Source of the DNA: Acutalibacteraceae bacterium
GTDB taxonomy: Bacteria > Bacillota > Clostridia > Oscillospirales > Acutalibacteraceae
Length of the DNA stretch: 64,000 nt
Reading direction: 5' to 3'
Assembly: GCA_045658105.1 (NCBI GenBank)
Contig: JAZOUK010000005.1
Coordinates: forward strand, 90-64,089
Under the pieces are notes generated by a model that saw nothing but the letters and a program-made list of their open reading frames with translations, had not been told where the DNA came from and ran no database searches. Positions 36,551 through 45,589 of the stretch are shown here, in pieces (the first letter of the stretch is position 1; every line of letters starts with the position of its first letter). A program made the position numbers and the translations under genes.

Positions 36551-37023
36551 TTCCCCTCACGCTCCTTTAACAATTCGGGGTTGTCGTGTATGTTGCCGAT
36601 AATAAAACTACTATTCCAATTCCAATCATTGAATGCTTGAATATATCCGTCAGTTTCAAACGACCAACAAAAATTTTCTTTATCCCATACAACAACAGAA
36701 CGACCAATAGTTGTCTGAGGATAACCCCAAGTGTCGTCATAATCTTCGTGCCATTCTACAATATCGCCCTCAAACAACTTTTTGACCCCAATATTTATCC
36801 CCGTGTATTGCCCTACTGTTTCGGGAATAACATCAACTCTTAAATGTTGGTTAGGCAATCCCCAATCCATCATTTTTTCAAAAACAATTTGATGTATGTC
36901 GTTGTCTTTGTCTCTGTCATAATCTTCTTTAAAGCAATATGTAGTTTTATGCAGGTGGATATAATGCCCTGTGTACCACTCTCCCGTTTCTTTGCATTTG
37001 CCTCTAAACAATATTTCTCGCAT
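36547..37023 (-). CDS. YopX-family protein
   Basis: MREILFRGK...ETVGQYTGI...LFEGDIVEW...FIIGNIHDNPELL. Confidence 0.8.
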   Translation of the reverse strand: MREILFRGKCKETGEWYTGHYIHLHKTTYCFKEDYDRDKDNDIHQIVFEKMMDWGLPNQHLRVDVIPETVGQYTGINIGVKKLFEGDIVEWHEDYDDTWGYPQTTIGRSVVVWDKENFCWSFETDGYIQAFNDWNWNSSFIIGNIHDNPELLKEREGK

Positions 37024-37396
37024 TTTCTTTTAACTCCTTTAACTTCGCTTCCGCTTCCTCTTTGGTGAGGAATACGGTTTTGCCTAATTCTTTTGCAGGA
37101 ATAGTACCCATATTCCAAGTTTCTATTGATAACCCTTTTGCTCCAAATATTATCCTTTGCACTCCGTATTGTGTCATAAACCACTTGCCATAGTCATTAG
37201 GATTTGCAGGATATTTAGGTGTAAAGACTAACCATACATAATCCCCCACCCTGCAAGGCGGTACTATGATGCCGTTCGCTAAAAGGTGTTCGGCAACTCC
37301 AACAAGCATTTCGTTAAAGCTCCAATCTCCGTCTTTATACAGTTCGGCAAACTGTTTGTGCATTAAATCTATCAGCCTATCTTTATCACTATTCAT
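37004..37396 (-). CDS. hypothetical early protein
   Basis: Start MNSDKDRL with a GGAGGG RBS. The track ORF begins further upstream. Confidence 0.5.
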   Translation of the reverse strand: MNSDKDRLIDLMHKQFAELYKDGDWSFNEMLVGVAEHLLANGIIVPPCRVGDYVWLVFTPKYPANPNDYGKWFMTQYGVQRIIFGAKGLSIETWNMGTIPAKELGKTVFLTKEEAEAKLKELKENARNIV

Positions 37397-37577
37397 TGTC
37401 TGCCCTCCTGTTCCAATTTGTTTCTGCTTCGTTTTGCTCCCAAAATACAGGTGTTTTATTTCGGCAAAGCGAACATTCAACATAATAAAAAGTGGTAATG
37501 CGTATTTTTCCTTTTATATATCTTTTTAAATTTGCTTCACCATTACAAAACGGACAAGGCTTTAATTTATCGGTCAT
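37389..37577 (-). CDS. Lar-family (restriction alleviation-like) zinc-ribbon protein
   Basis: LKPCPFCNGEA...CSLCRNK...NWNRRA. Confidence 0.6.
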   Translation of the reverse strand: MTDKLKPCPFCNGEANLKRYIKGKIRITTFYYVECSLCRNKTPVFWEQNEAETNWNRRADNE

Positions 37578-37590
37578 TCGGTATCACTCC

Positions 37591-37881
37591 TTACTCAATA
37601 TCTATATCTAACGGAACACCACGCCTGCGGCTTAACTCTATTTCACCGCTTTGCAGTTCTGCTAATCTTTCTTGACAATCTTCAACGGTTTCATATCCGA
37701 GACAAAAAATCATATTGTCGGGTGCTCTCCATTTTTTAACTAAATCGACTATAAAATAAAGAACAGTGTGTTGTGGGTTAAAGGGTTTAGTGCAGATAAT
37801 ATACCTATCATCTCTTGCTCTTACTTTATATGGTTTCTTTTGGTTTGGCACATAAACCTCATCACCAACCTTTACTTTCAC
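37591..37881 (-). CDS. hypothetical protein
   Basis: 96 aa ORF in the operon. Confidence 0.45.
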   Translation of the reverse strand: MKVKVGDEVYVPNQKKPYKVRARDDRYIICTKPFNPQHTVLYFIVDLVKKWRAPDNMIFCLGYETVEDCQERLAELQSGEIELSRRRGVPLDIDIE

Positions 37882-38333
37882 TCACTATCACTCCAATCTA
37901 ATGCTTGTCCGCACTTGCGACAATATAAATCATATCTTGGCGGAGATAAATATTTCACTACTGTTGGTTCTGCATCACAACAAGGACAATGATTTAGGGT
38001 TATGTGATTATCTTCTGTTAAAACATCACTTTCTGTTGCAAGACGCATATCGTTTTTATTTTTGAAAATCCAAGTTACTTTTTTTAACTTTTTCGGTATC
38101 TGCTTTTCAAGGGCGGATAGAATGTTACTTTTATCAAGCACATAAACATCATCAATGCCATTCGCAACCGCCATATCTTTAATTTGTTTGCAAATTTCAT
38201 CATCTATTTTTTTGGCTTGTTGTATCATTATTTGGTTTGCTGCACTACTCACTATATTTTCCATTTCATCAAATTTAGGTGTTAAGTCTTTTGGAATATC
38301 CAAGTGTATATGTTCAATAAATTTCGGTGTCAT
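37878..38333 (-). CDS. hypothetical protein with C-terminal zinc ribbon
   Basis: CPCCDAEPTVV...YCRKCGQALDW. Confidence 0.5.
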   Translation of the reverse strand: MTPKFIEHIHLDIPKDLTPKFDEMENIVSSAANQIMIQQAKKIDDEICKQIKDMAVANGIDDVYVLDKSNILSALEKQIPKKLKKVTWIFKNKNDMRLATESDVLTEDNHITLNHCPCCDAEPTVVKYLSPPRYDLYCRKCGQALDWSDSE

Positions 38334-38339
38334 TCGGTA

Positions 38340-38621
38340 TCACTCCTTACTTTCATATCTTCCGCAAGCATTGTTTTTAAGCCTTATATCCGTTGCCTCG
38401 CTATTGCTAATAACCCATAATTCACATTTGTAATAGGTTTTGCAATGATAATCGACTTTTAAACAATGTTTACAAGTCTTGCAGTTTTTACCCTGTGTTA
38501 AGCCGTATAATTCTTGCATTGGTTTATATCTTCTTCGGTGCTTTTGTTGTGTTTCTTGAAATTGCTTTTCAAGTTCGGTTGTTGATATTTCGCCACCGAA
38601 AACATCAAGTTGTGCTTTCAT
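38340..38621 (-). CDS. Cys-rich hypothetical protein
   Basis: Start MKAQLDVFGG (AAAGGA RBS). Contains CKTCKHC..HCKTYYKC. Confidence 0.45.
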   Translation of the reverse strand: MKAQLDVFGGEISTTELEKQFQETQQKHRRRYKPMQELYGLTQGKNCKTCKHCLKVDYHCKTYYKCELWVISNSEATDIRLKNNACGRYESKE

Positions 38622-38769
38622 TCCTTTGCACCACCCTATTCTTTCCGTACATCTCAAATGTGTCTTTAACCATTTGGAGCAGTTTTCTTACATACGGTCT
38701 TTTGTTATAATATTTTTGGCATATGTCATTGCCTTTTATGGCTTTATTGCCACAGTATTTGCATTTCAT
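38605..38769 (-). CDS. small Cys-rich ORF (54 aa)
   Basis: MKCKYCGNKAIKGNDICQKYY... ATGA overlap with the upstream ORF. Below the track cutoff. Confidence 0.35.
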   Translation of the reverse strand: MKCKYCGNKAIKGNDICQKYYNKRPYVRKLLQMVKDTFEMYGKNRVVQRNESTT

Positions 38770-38939
38770 CCTGCCGCCTCACTTTCGAGCCAATGCTTAA
38801 CGCATTTCTTGCAGTTTTCAGGATCTACGTCGTTCTTAATTGGACACTCGAATTTATTTCCCGAAAGCTTTGTGCAGTTTTCAAAGCATATTTTGTCAAT
38901 ACCGGAATAAAACACATCTGATAGCTCATTAATATCCAT
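38766..38939 (-). CDS. small Cys-rich ORF (57 aa)
   Basis: MDINELSDVFYSGIDKICFENCTKLSGNKFECPIKNDVDPENCKKCVKHW... Confidence 0.35.
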   Translation of the reverse strand: MDINELSDVFYSGIDKICFENCTKLSGNKFECPIKNDVDPENCKKCVKHWLESEAAG

Positions 38940-38975
38940 AGCCTATATTCTTTCAAAATTCGTCATAACAGCCTC

Positions 38976-39119
38976 CTAATCCAACAACTCAAACAAATCA
39001 TTCATCGGACATTTTGCGCAAATTTCGTCAAGCTCATCCTGGTCCTTCATAACACAGGGATATTTGCAATATTTGTCACAGAATTTTTCTGTTATCTTTT
39101 CCAATTTTTTCGAATCCAT
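38976..39119 (-). CDS. small Cys-rich ORF (47 aa)
   Basis: MDSKKLEKITEKFCDKYCKYPCVMKDQDELDEICAKCPMNDLFELLD. Confidence 0.35.
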   Translation of the reverse strand: MDSKKLEKITEKFCDKYCKYPCVMKDQDELDEICAKCPMNDLFELLD

Positions 39120-39125
39120 TTTTCT

Positions 39126-39413
39126 TCACTCCGTAACAAGATAATTTAAAATAAATACATTACCACTTAATTCCCCTGATTTAATTTTGCATACCCTCGT
39201 AGCTACAGCATTTTTGCTGGGAAAGGTTCCGTCCTCTACAAGTTGTTCACTTGTACCGCAGAATCTTACAAAATCATTCTTATCATAAAAAACGTAAAAT
39301 TTTTCGTATTTTGGATGCTTTTGTCTGTATTTTCTCCGTTCGTTTTTCAAATAGCATTCTTTCGAACAATATTTTCTATGGCAGGGCGAACCACAAATTA
39401 TACATTCTTTCAA
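39126..39413 (-). CDS. hypothetical zinc-finger protein
   Basis: MKECIICGSPCHRKYCSKEC. Confidence 0.45.
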   Translation of the reverse strand: MKECIICGSPCHRKYCSKECYLKNERRKYRQKHPKYEKFYVFYDKNDFVRFCGTSEQLVEDGTFPSKNAVATRVCKIKSGELSGNVFILNYLVTE

Positions 39414-39802
39414 GTTTCTCCCACCTCCAGAATTTCAATCTCAGTCCTCGGTCTTTCCTTGCAGTACATCACCCTGCTGCCATCGTGGCTGTGTATTACC
39501 GTGTAGTTATCGTCTGCAAGCAATCCACATTCCACCATTATATCGTCAATCGCCTCAAGTAAATTTGTTAAATCACACTTACGCCTTGTCGGCATATAGA
39601 AAATACATTTAACATTTACCGGCACATTTATTAAATATCCTTTAGGTATAAACCAAGCCGCATCTTTGGCATACTACATATATTGCTCACTCTGCCCTAT
39701 AAAATGCTTACCTGTTTTACGGTTAATCAATATTCTCTGATGATTCTTCTTGGTTATCGGCGGCAGTGGTATCGTAAATTTAATTAATGCTTTCTCTGCC
39801 AT
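39410..39802 (-). pseudogene. rusA: RusA-family Holliday-junction resolvase with in-frame TAG (39674-39676)
   Basis: ATG 39802 (AGGAGTG RBS) gives MAEKALIKFTIPLPPITKKNHQRILINRKTGKHFIGQSEQYM, then TAG. The same frame continues YAKDAAWFIPKGYLINVPVNVKCIFYMPTRRKCDLTNLLEAIDDIM...LADDNYTV. The expected DLDN reads DLTN. Confidence 0.75.
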
Positions 39803-39814
39803 CACAATTCACTC

Positions 39815-40609
39815 CTATTCTTTGGCATCTAACATCTGTTTAAATAATTCTAAATCATAAGAAGCAGCCTCACCGGGAGATTGCTTTTCTGTTGCTTGCC
39901 ACTCGCGAACTTTAGATTTCCAATCAGATATCCCATGCCAATTTTTTGCATTGTAATAATAAAAGAATTTCTTTGCATTAATTTTAATTTTTTCCTTTTT
40001 GAAAAATTCTTCAACTTGTTCAAGAGTGGGGGGAGACGTGCTCTCGCGCGCTCCCTCTCTCTTATTTTGTTTTACTTTATTTTGTTTTACTTTATTTTGT
40101 GAGTTATTGTCTACATTATCGGGGTTTTTGTATGCAGAAACGGGGTTTTTGTATGCAGAAACTTTTTTAAAGGCAACTTTATTAAGAACACCGGCAGGAA
40201 CATCGTTGATATCGTTCATATCAAGCAACCAGTATTCTTCGATAATTGTTATTTGCTCACGGCGACCGAACATCCTTAAATATCGCCGCTGGATACCCGC
40301 GGAAGTTAATACCCCAAACACTTTAAACACCCTTTCATCAAAGAAAGAACATCTTAAAGCACCCGAAATAAACTCGCTTATGTACTCGGGACTGCAACCA
40401 CAACCCGCACCGTCAGACACTAAGAAGCACCTGCTTTTGTCCCACTTAATAAAGTATCCATTTTTACCGTAAATTTCGCACAAAAGGTAATCAAGTAAAT
40501 ACATACCTTTGGCACCAAATTCTACTCTTAACAGTTTTACCTTGTCGTCATTATAAAAGTCTGTATTTTTTGGAAAATAATCAACCCCGTCTTTCAACGG
40601 TCGTGCCAA
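39815..40609 (-). CDS. phage replisome organiser / replication initiator (DUF4373-like N-terminus)
   Basis: MARPLKDGVDYFPKNTDFYNDDKVKLL... The position is upstream of rusA and downstream of ssb. It contains internal tandem DNA repeats. Confidence 0.6.
   Translation of the reverse strand: MARPLKDGVDYFPKNTDFYNDDKVKLLRVEFGAKGMYLLDYLLCEIYGKNGYFIKWDKSRCFLVSDGAGCGCSPEYISEFISGALRCSFFDERVFKVFGVLTSAGIQRRYLRMFGRREQITIIEEYWLLDMNDINDVPAGVLNKVAFKKVSAYKNPVSAYKNPDNVDNNSQNKVKQNKVKQNKREGARESTSPPTLEQVEEFFKKEKIKINAKKFFYYYNAKNWHGISDWKSKVREWQATEKQSPGEAASYDLELFKQMLDAKE
40063..40100. repeat. 15-bp tandem repeat x2.5 inside the initiator gene
   Basis: TATTTTGTTTTACTT repeated (encodes NKVKQNKVKQNK). Confidence 0.8.
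40121..40162. repeat. perfect 21-bp tandem repeat x2 (candidate iterons/origin)
   Basis: GGGGTTTTTGTATGCAGAAAC x2 (encodes VSAYKNPVSAYKNP). Confidence 0.8.
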
Positions 40610-40633
40610 TTTTTAATCCTCCTTAAACTTTTT

Positions 40634-41053
40634 TTAGAACGGAAGGTCATCATCCGTAGCATCGCCCAAATCGGCAAAATCATTTACATCGGCATTGCTG
40701 TAAGAAGAAACAGGCTCGCCATCATCCTCAGAATCACGCTTGGACTCTACAAACTGAGCGTTATTAACCACAACCTCAAATGCGGTGCGGTTATTACCGT
40801 TTTTATCCTGGTATCTTCTAGTTTGAATTGAACCCTCAATACCAATCATATTACCTTTTCTAAAATATTTGGTTATAAATTCTGCTGTCTGTCGCCAAGC
40901 AACTATATTAATAAAATCGCTTTGTTGTTCTTCACCGGAACGGTAAGGGCGACTAACGGCAATAGAAAAGGATGTAACCGAAGTACCATTAGGAGTTGTT
41001 TTAAGCTCCGGGTCTGCAGTTAATCGACCTGTTAAAACTACTAAATTAAACAT
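40634..41053 (-). CDS. ssb: single-stranded DNA-binding protein
   Basis: MFNLVVLTGRLTADPELKTTPNGTSV... and an acidic tail ending DDDLPF. Confidence 0.9.
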   Translation of the reverse strand: MFNLVVLTGRLTADPELKTTPNGTSVTSFSIAVSRPYRSGEEQQSDFINIVAWRQTAEFITKYFRKGNMIGIEGSIQTRRYQDKNGNNRTAFEVVVNNAQFVESKRDSEDDGEPVSSYSNADVNDFADLGDATDDDLPF

Positions 41054-41054
41054 T

Positions 41055-41357
41055 TTACCACCACTTTCTATATATTAATTTTGTTTCATCCCAATCGGGA
41101 TATCTTTGTATTAAATAGTTCTCTATACGTTTTTTAAATTCCTTGTGCTTCTTGCCGTTATCATATTCATAATGCTCTTTAGCGGTAAGACAGACAAGAT
41201 TTTGAGCTATTCCAAGACCACCACGTGCACGTGATATGTAATGCGCAATTTGTATGTTCTCTTTAGAACCGCTCAAAATACTTCTGCCATCATCTCGCTC
41301 TATAACTTCACTGCGCACCTTAGCAGAAATATCACAAGCTTTTGATAATTCACTCAT
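41055..41357 (-). CDS. HNH-type endonuclease-like protein
   Basis: QIAHYISRARGGLGIAQNLVCLTAKEH. Confidence 0.5.
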   Translation of the reverse strand: MSELSKACDISAKVRSEVIERDDGRSILSGSKENIQIAHYISRARGGLGIAQNLVCLTAKEHYEYDNGKKHKEFKKRIENYLIQRYPDWDETKLIYRKWW

Positions 41358-41881
41358 CCGCTATCCTCCCATAAAGCAAGCTCTTTTGGTGTAGCGGTCT
41401 CTATGCCGTTGTTTTTGCACTCTTGTATTAAAAGCTTAATAAGCCGTGACATTTGCGCAGAATCATATTCCGAAGAACCAACATAATTTACCACGTTTGT
41501 ATAACCTTTAAATTTGCTTTTTCCTAACGGCTCACACACCCAACCAAGGCCGCGCTTTTCCCATATTTCAATCCATCCGTCAACTGCATCGTTTCTTATG
41601 GGTGTTACCTGATAATTACCGCCTACTTCTTTAACAAGCACACGGTATATGTCCCGCGGAGATATCTCAAGCTTTTCCGAAAGCTGACCGCACAATTCCC
41701 AAAAGTATGCGTTTGCATCAAGACTTCGTTTGTTTTTCCAAAGACATAATTTGATTTTAAGAAGCTTATCCTTGTATTCATCGTATAACTCAAGAAAAGA
41801 TTTAGGAATTATAACCGTCAAAGCACATTCACCGTTCGTTGTCAGCAAAAGGTCCTTTATTTTACATTTTTGCTCAAACAT
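41354..41881 (-). CDS. ninB: NinB/Orf-family recombination mediator
   Basis: KNKRSLDANAYFWELCGQLS and VGSSEYDSAQMSRLIKLLIQECKNNGIE parallel lambda Orf (RSLDQNRKLWACLGDVS ... GQSTSRMRVGEFAELLELIQAFG). Confidence 0.65.
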   Translation of the reverse strand: MFEQKCKIKDLLLTTNGECALTVIIPKSFLELYDEYKDKLLKIKLCLWKNKRSLDANAYFWELCGQLSEKLEISPRDIYRVLVKEVGGNYQVTPIRNDAVDGWIEIWEKRGLGWVCEPLGKSKFKGYTNVVNYVGSSEYDSAQMSRLIKLLIQECKNNGIETATPKELALWEDSG

Positions 41882-43434
41882 TTTATTTCTTCCTTCCAAG
41901 CTTTCCAACATATGCAACAGTTCGCACCATACCAATCCAATGCCGTTGTTGCATATTCGGGTGCTAAAAGCTCAACCTGTAATCGACTTATAGACCGGTC
42001 AGACTTTGTTATTTCTCCGACCCATTTAACACCCTCATTGGCCAATGTGTTAAAATCGCCTGTCATATGCTTAACAAGGCTTACCTTATCTCCAAAATAT
42101 GCAATTGTTTGGCTTCTATCGGATGTTATTATGCAGTCTTTTTTGTTGCCGCAGGCTACAAGCACTATTCCAAAATCCTTGTCAAGCACCGTTTCGAATC
42201 CACAAGGCGGATTATACGGCGTATAACCATGTACTTCCTCGGTTACATATTCCTTAGTCACACTTTCCTTGTGATTTTTAGGCTTGAAAAATTCATCTAT
42301 CGTCAAGTGCTCGCCCTTTGGTTTTTTAACAACACCGTTTAAATTAACGTCTGTCTCAACACCTTCGGGATAAAGGTCTATATTTCCGCCAAAGTCAATT
42401 ACTGTGCAAGTTGTTTTCTTCGGTGCAGTACGTAGAACCCTACCAACCTTTTGTACCCATTGTCCGTGGGTACCATTGGTATCGAAATCCACTATGTTAC
42501 GAAGTTCAGGATAATCGTATCCCTCTGTGCAAATGTCAACATTTATAAGCTCCTCGCAGTCTCCGGTCTCGAATCTTTCAAGTTCTTCCTTGCGCGTAAT
42601 ATCGTCAAGTCCTAACGAAAGATATGCGGGTTTTCTGCCTAATTCCTTTAAGGTGTCATATATAAGATTGCAAAATTCGTGAGACGGCGCAAAAATTACC
42701 GTTTTACCGTCCTCTTTTAACCTCAAATACTCCTGACATAGTTTTTTCATAAGCTCTATACCAAACACATCAAATTTACAATTCTTGCTTAAATGTCCCT
42801 TTTCGTCCCCATCATCGGTTTGAAAAACAGGTGAAGCATCTATAAACTTTGGTCTCACAAGATAATGGCTATCTATCAGAAAACGCGATGTAATTTGATT
42901 AAAGTTATCAAATAACTCTATAAGCGGTAGCTTATCACCACGGTTAGGTGTAGCAGTAACTCCTAAAAGTGCAGCGTTCGGCTTGCCTTGCTTATTCCAA
43001 TTTATAATGCTTTCATAGGTGCTCGCCTTAGCGTGGTGGGCCTCATCTATTACAATAAGGTCAAAATAACTTCCTGCATCAGCAAAGTCATCAAGTAAAT
43101 TTACAACTGTCTGCACCATTCCAAAATGTACATAACCGTGTAAGCTTTTTCTTACCGATGTTATTTCGCTTGTTGCGAGTTCAGGACACACCTTAGAAAA
43201 TTTTGTGTGATTCTGGTCGTGTATTTCGGTCCGATGCACCAGCACAAGCACGTGCGGCCTTTTTTTATTATCAGCATAAAAGCCGTTTGCAAATCTGCCT
43301 ATCGCCGCCGCCATCATAATTGTTTTTCCTGCTCCCGTACCCGCTACAATAAGAGAATTTCCGCGCTCTTTTAACATTTCTACAGCATTTTGTACCGCTG
43401 CTTCTTGATAAGGACGTAATGTAAATCTTTCCAT
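41857..43434 (-). CDS. SF2 DEAD/DEAH-box DNA helicase
   Basis: LRPYQEAAV, AGTGAGKT (motif I), VIDEAHH (motif II), and later motifs TATP and QKVGRVLR. Confidence 0.85.
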   Translation of the reverse strand: MERFTLRPYQEAAVQNAVEMLKERGNSLIVAGTGAGKTIMMAAAIGRFANGFYADNKKRPHVLVLVHRTEIHDQNHTKFSKVCPELATSEITSVRKSLHGYVHFGMVQTVVNLLDDFADAGSYFDLIVIDEAHHAKASTYESIINWNKQGKPNAALLGVTATPNRGDKLPLIELFDNFNQITSRFLIDSHYLVRPKFIDASPVFQTDDGDEKGHLSKNCKFDVFGIELMKKLCQEYLRLKEDGKTVIFAPSHEFCNLIYDTLKELGRKPAYLSLGLDDITRKEELERFETGDCEELINVDICTEGYDYPELRNIVDFDTNGTHGQWVQKVGRVLRTAPKKTTCTVIDFGGNIDLYPEGVETDVNLNGVVKKPKGEHLTIDEFFKPKNHKESVTKEYVTEEVHGYTPYNPPCGFETVLDKDFGIVLVACGNKKDCIITSDRSQTIAYFGDKVSLVKHMTGDFNTLANEGVKWVGEITKSDRSISRLQVELLAPEYATTALDWYGANCCICWKAWKEEIKCLSKNVK

Positions 43435-43437
43435 TGC

Positions 43438-44460
43438 CTACTCCTTTTCCTTGAGCAGAAAAGCCCCTGCAGCAGAAAAGCTTCCTGTAAGCTTGCCGTC
43501 TTCGGTTTTAAAACGGCTTGCGTTATATTCTTTCGCCTGCTCAACAATTTTTTGAAGCTCTGCTTTGCGCCTTTCTTCTGCTTTCTCCGCATCCCCTTTT
43601 GCTTTTTTATATTCGCTCAGGTCAAACGTAAGTGAGAGCTCTTTGTTATACACGGTGTTAAGGCGTATGCTTTCTATTATATTTTTAGATGTATCGTGTG
43701 CTATAAATGCTTTTGGCTCATTACGGTTATCCACATCACGAAAGAAACGTTCAATACAGACATTAATTAATGCCGACAAATGAGGATTGTTTGCAAAATA
43801 GAGCATATTTACGCTTAGCTTGTCCTTAAGATATTCTGCTCTTTTTTTCTTTGACATTTGGGTTATCCTGCCACGCTCAAAAACGGTATCGTTTTCAAGC
43901 ACCATTATCTGAAGAATATAAAAATCATCCTTTGTCATAGTTATCTGATACTGCGCCTGAATTATGTATTTAAATGGTAAGCCTCTTTTAATAACATTCG
44001 GCATCATTGTTTTTTGCTCGCATACAAATTTTTTGCCCACAGGTACAAACCCACCGCCGTAATTAAACGGTTGTACATCAATTTCCTCACTGATACCGCT
44101 TATGTCAAGACTTGCAATCAGTCTGTCAGACACATAAACCGCACCGGGCTTTAGCTTATGCGTTCTCCCTGCTTGCAAAACCTTTAAACCGTATGACTCT
44201 ACTGCGTGACCGTATTCGGCAAACTCCGGAGGTACCGACTGTCTTTGATACACACCATCGTTAAGTATCTTATGGTATAACGCCCACGTGGTTGTATAAG
44301 GCTTTTCTTCCCTGAAGCGTTCGGCATTTATACCGCAGTTCTGCAGCTCCTCATCAGAAGCATAGTAACGTACAATATCGAATACCTCACTACTTCCAAT
44401 TCGTGTAAGGCGAGCCTTTTCCCATTCTAAAGAGCCTTGCTTAAGCTTTGTTTTATTCAT
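43438..44460 (-). CDS. YqaJ/lambda-Exo-like recombination exonuclease
   Basis: KQGSLEWEKARLTRIGSSEVFDI at the N-terminus. Adjacent to and overlapping the recT-like gene. Confidence 0.75.
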   Translation of the reverse strand: MNKTKLKQGSLEWEKARLTRIGSSEVFDIVRYYASDEELQNCGINAERFREEKPYTTTWALYHKILNDGVYQRQSVPPEFAEYGHAVESYGLKVLQAGRTHKLKPGAVYVSDRLIASLDISGISEEIDVQPFNYGGGFVPVGKKFVCEQKTMMPNVIKRGLPFKYIIQAQYQITMTKDDFYILQIMVLENDTVFERGRITQMSKKKRAEYLKDKLSVNMLYFANNPHLSALINVCIERFFRDVDNRNEPKAFIAHDTSKNIIESIRLNTVYNKELSLTFDLSEYKKAKGDAEKAEERRKAELQKIVEQAKEYNASRFKTEDGKLTGSFSAAGAFLLKEKE

Positions 44461-45589
44461 TACTTTTGCCGCCCTTCAATAATTTACCAAACCACGGTTC
44501 TATTATCGGAAAAGTGTTTTTGCTTCTTGCAATATTAACAATACTTGCATAATGTGTGTTAATAACTTCCTGAAGCTCGGCGCCGCCCTCAAGCAATGCT
44601 TTGATTTCATTTGCCTTATCTACAGCAAGCTTTGGATTCACCTTAAATAAATCTAAAGTTTCTTTAATATCTTCCTTTTGCTCAGCTGTAAGATTTGTAA
44701 TATCAACCTTAACAGCTTCCAGCGGAATTTCAAATTCTATTTTCTCAGGTGGCAGGAAACTTTCAGGTGGCTCGAACTCATCTTCTTTATCAAAGGCATA
44801 TATTGTATCCTTAAGCTCTGGCAATACCTCTTTAACACGTTTTAAGGCTCTGCGGATTATAGTTTTTTTCGCCATTTCACCTGTCCATTTGCACCAGAAG
44901 CTATCCGTATTAAGTTCTTCTGTTACAACCTTACGTTTACCAACAGTTCCGTTTGCTCTTGCGTATTCCACCCACTTTGTTTTATATATTCCTTGCTCGC
45001 CGGTGTTTGATATCTCAAGCATTTCCTCGGCCGACATTTCACATTCTGACATAAAACGTGTACCGTCTTTTGTATTTATAACCGTAAGCCGACATATAAA
45101 CTTTGAAAAATAATTGTTTGCAATTCTTTCAGCCATTATTTTACGGTCAGGATTTATGCGCCTATCCTCTAAAACATAAACAATCTCACCGTTATAAAAT
45201 TCCTCACGGAAATATGTAGTATCACTATCTTCCTTCGGAACAGCAACTATAGTGTCAGTAATGCGATACCCCTTACGCGCTGCTGCTCTGTAAAAAGCCT
45301 CAACTCGTGCAGAAATCGTAATCGATTTTCCGCGCTTAACAAAATCTATTTTGTCATAATCCTCGGCTTTAATTCCACCTTGGTTCAATGTCTGTAAATT
45401 AGCCAGGAAAACATTTGCCGCGTTAACCGCCTCGGCTTCTGTAAGATTATCTAATAGTTTAAGATTAGAAATAGCTTTTACTGCAAAAGGAATACAGTCT
45501 GTTTTAAGCCCGATTTCACGCTTTAGCACTTCAAATAAATTTTCAGGTGTGTTAATAAGCTGCCTGTATACAGATAATGTGTTGCTCAT
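44453..45589 (-). CDS. recT: RecT-family single-strand annealing protein
   Basis: ...FWCKWTGEMAKKTIIRRALKRV... Paired with the YqaJ exonuclease. Confidence 0.7.
   Translation of the reverse strand: MSNTLSVYRQLINTPENLFEVLKREIGLKTDCIPFAVKAISNLKLLDNLTEAEAVNAANVFLANLQTLNQGGIKAEDYDKIDFVKRGKSITISARVEAFYRAAARKGYRITDTIVAVPKEDSDTTYFREEFYNGEIVYVLEDRRINPDRKIMAERIANNYFSKFICRLTVINTKDGTRFMSECEMSAEEMLEISNTGEQGIYKTKWVEYARANGTVGKRKVVTEELNTDSFWCKWTGEMAKKTIIRRALKRVKEVLPELKDTIYAFDKEDEFEPPESFLPPEKIEFEIPLEAVKVDITNLTAEQKEDIKETLDLFKVNPKLAVDKANEIKALLEGGAELQEVINTHYASIVNIARSKNTFPIIEPWFGKLLKGGKSNE

Noticed and set aside
5099-39676. Stop-codon recoding (TGA or TAG read as sense), suggested by the in-frame TGA at 5099 and TAG at 39674.
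   Set aside because: There is only one occurrence of each. The long late genes (2095, 740, 610, 566 aa) have no internal stops. TGA, TAG and TAA all terminate well-defined genes here, and I saw no suppressor tRNA. Simple nonsense mutations are more likely.
40063-40162. Short tandem repeats as a possible CRISPR array.
   Set aside because: They are contiguous tandem copies without spacers, only 2-2.5 units, and inside a coding region. No cas genes are present in the window.
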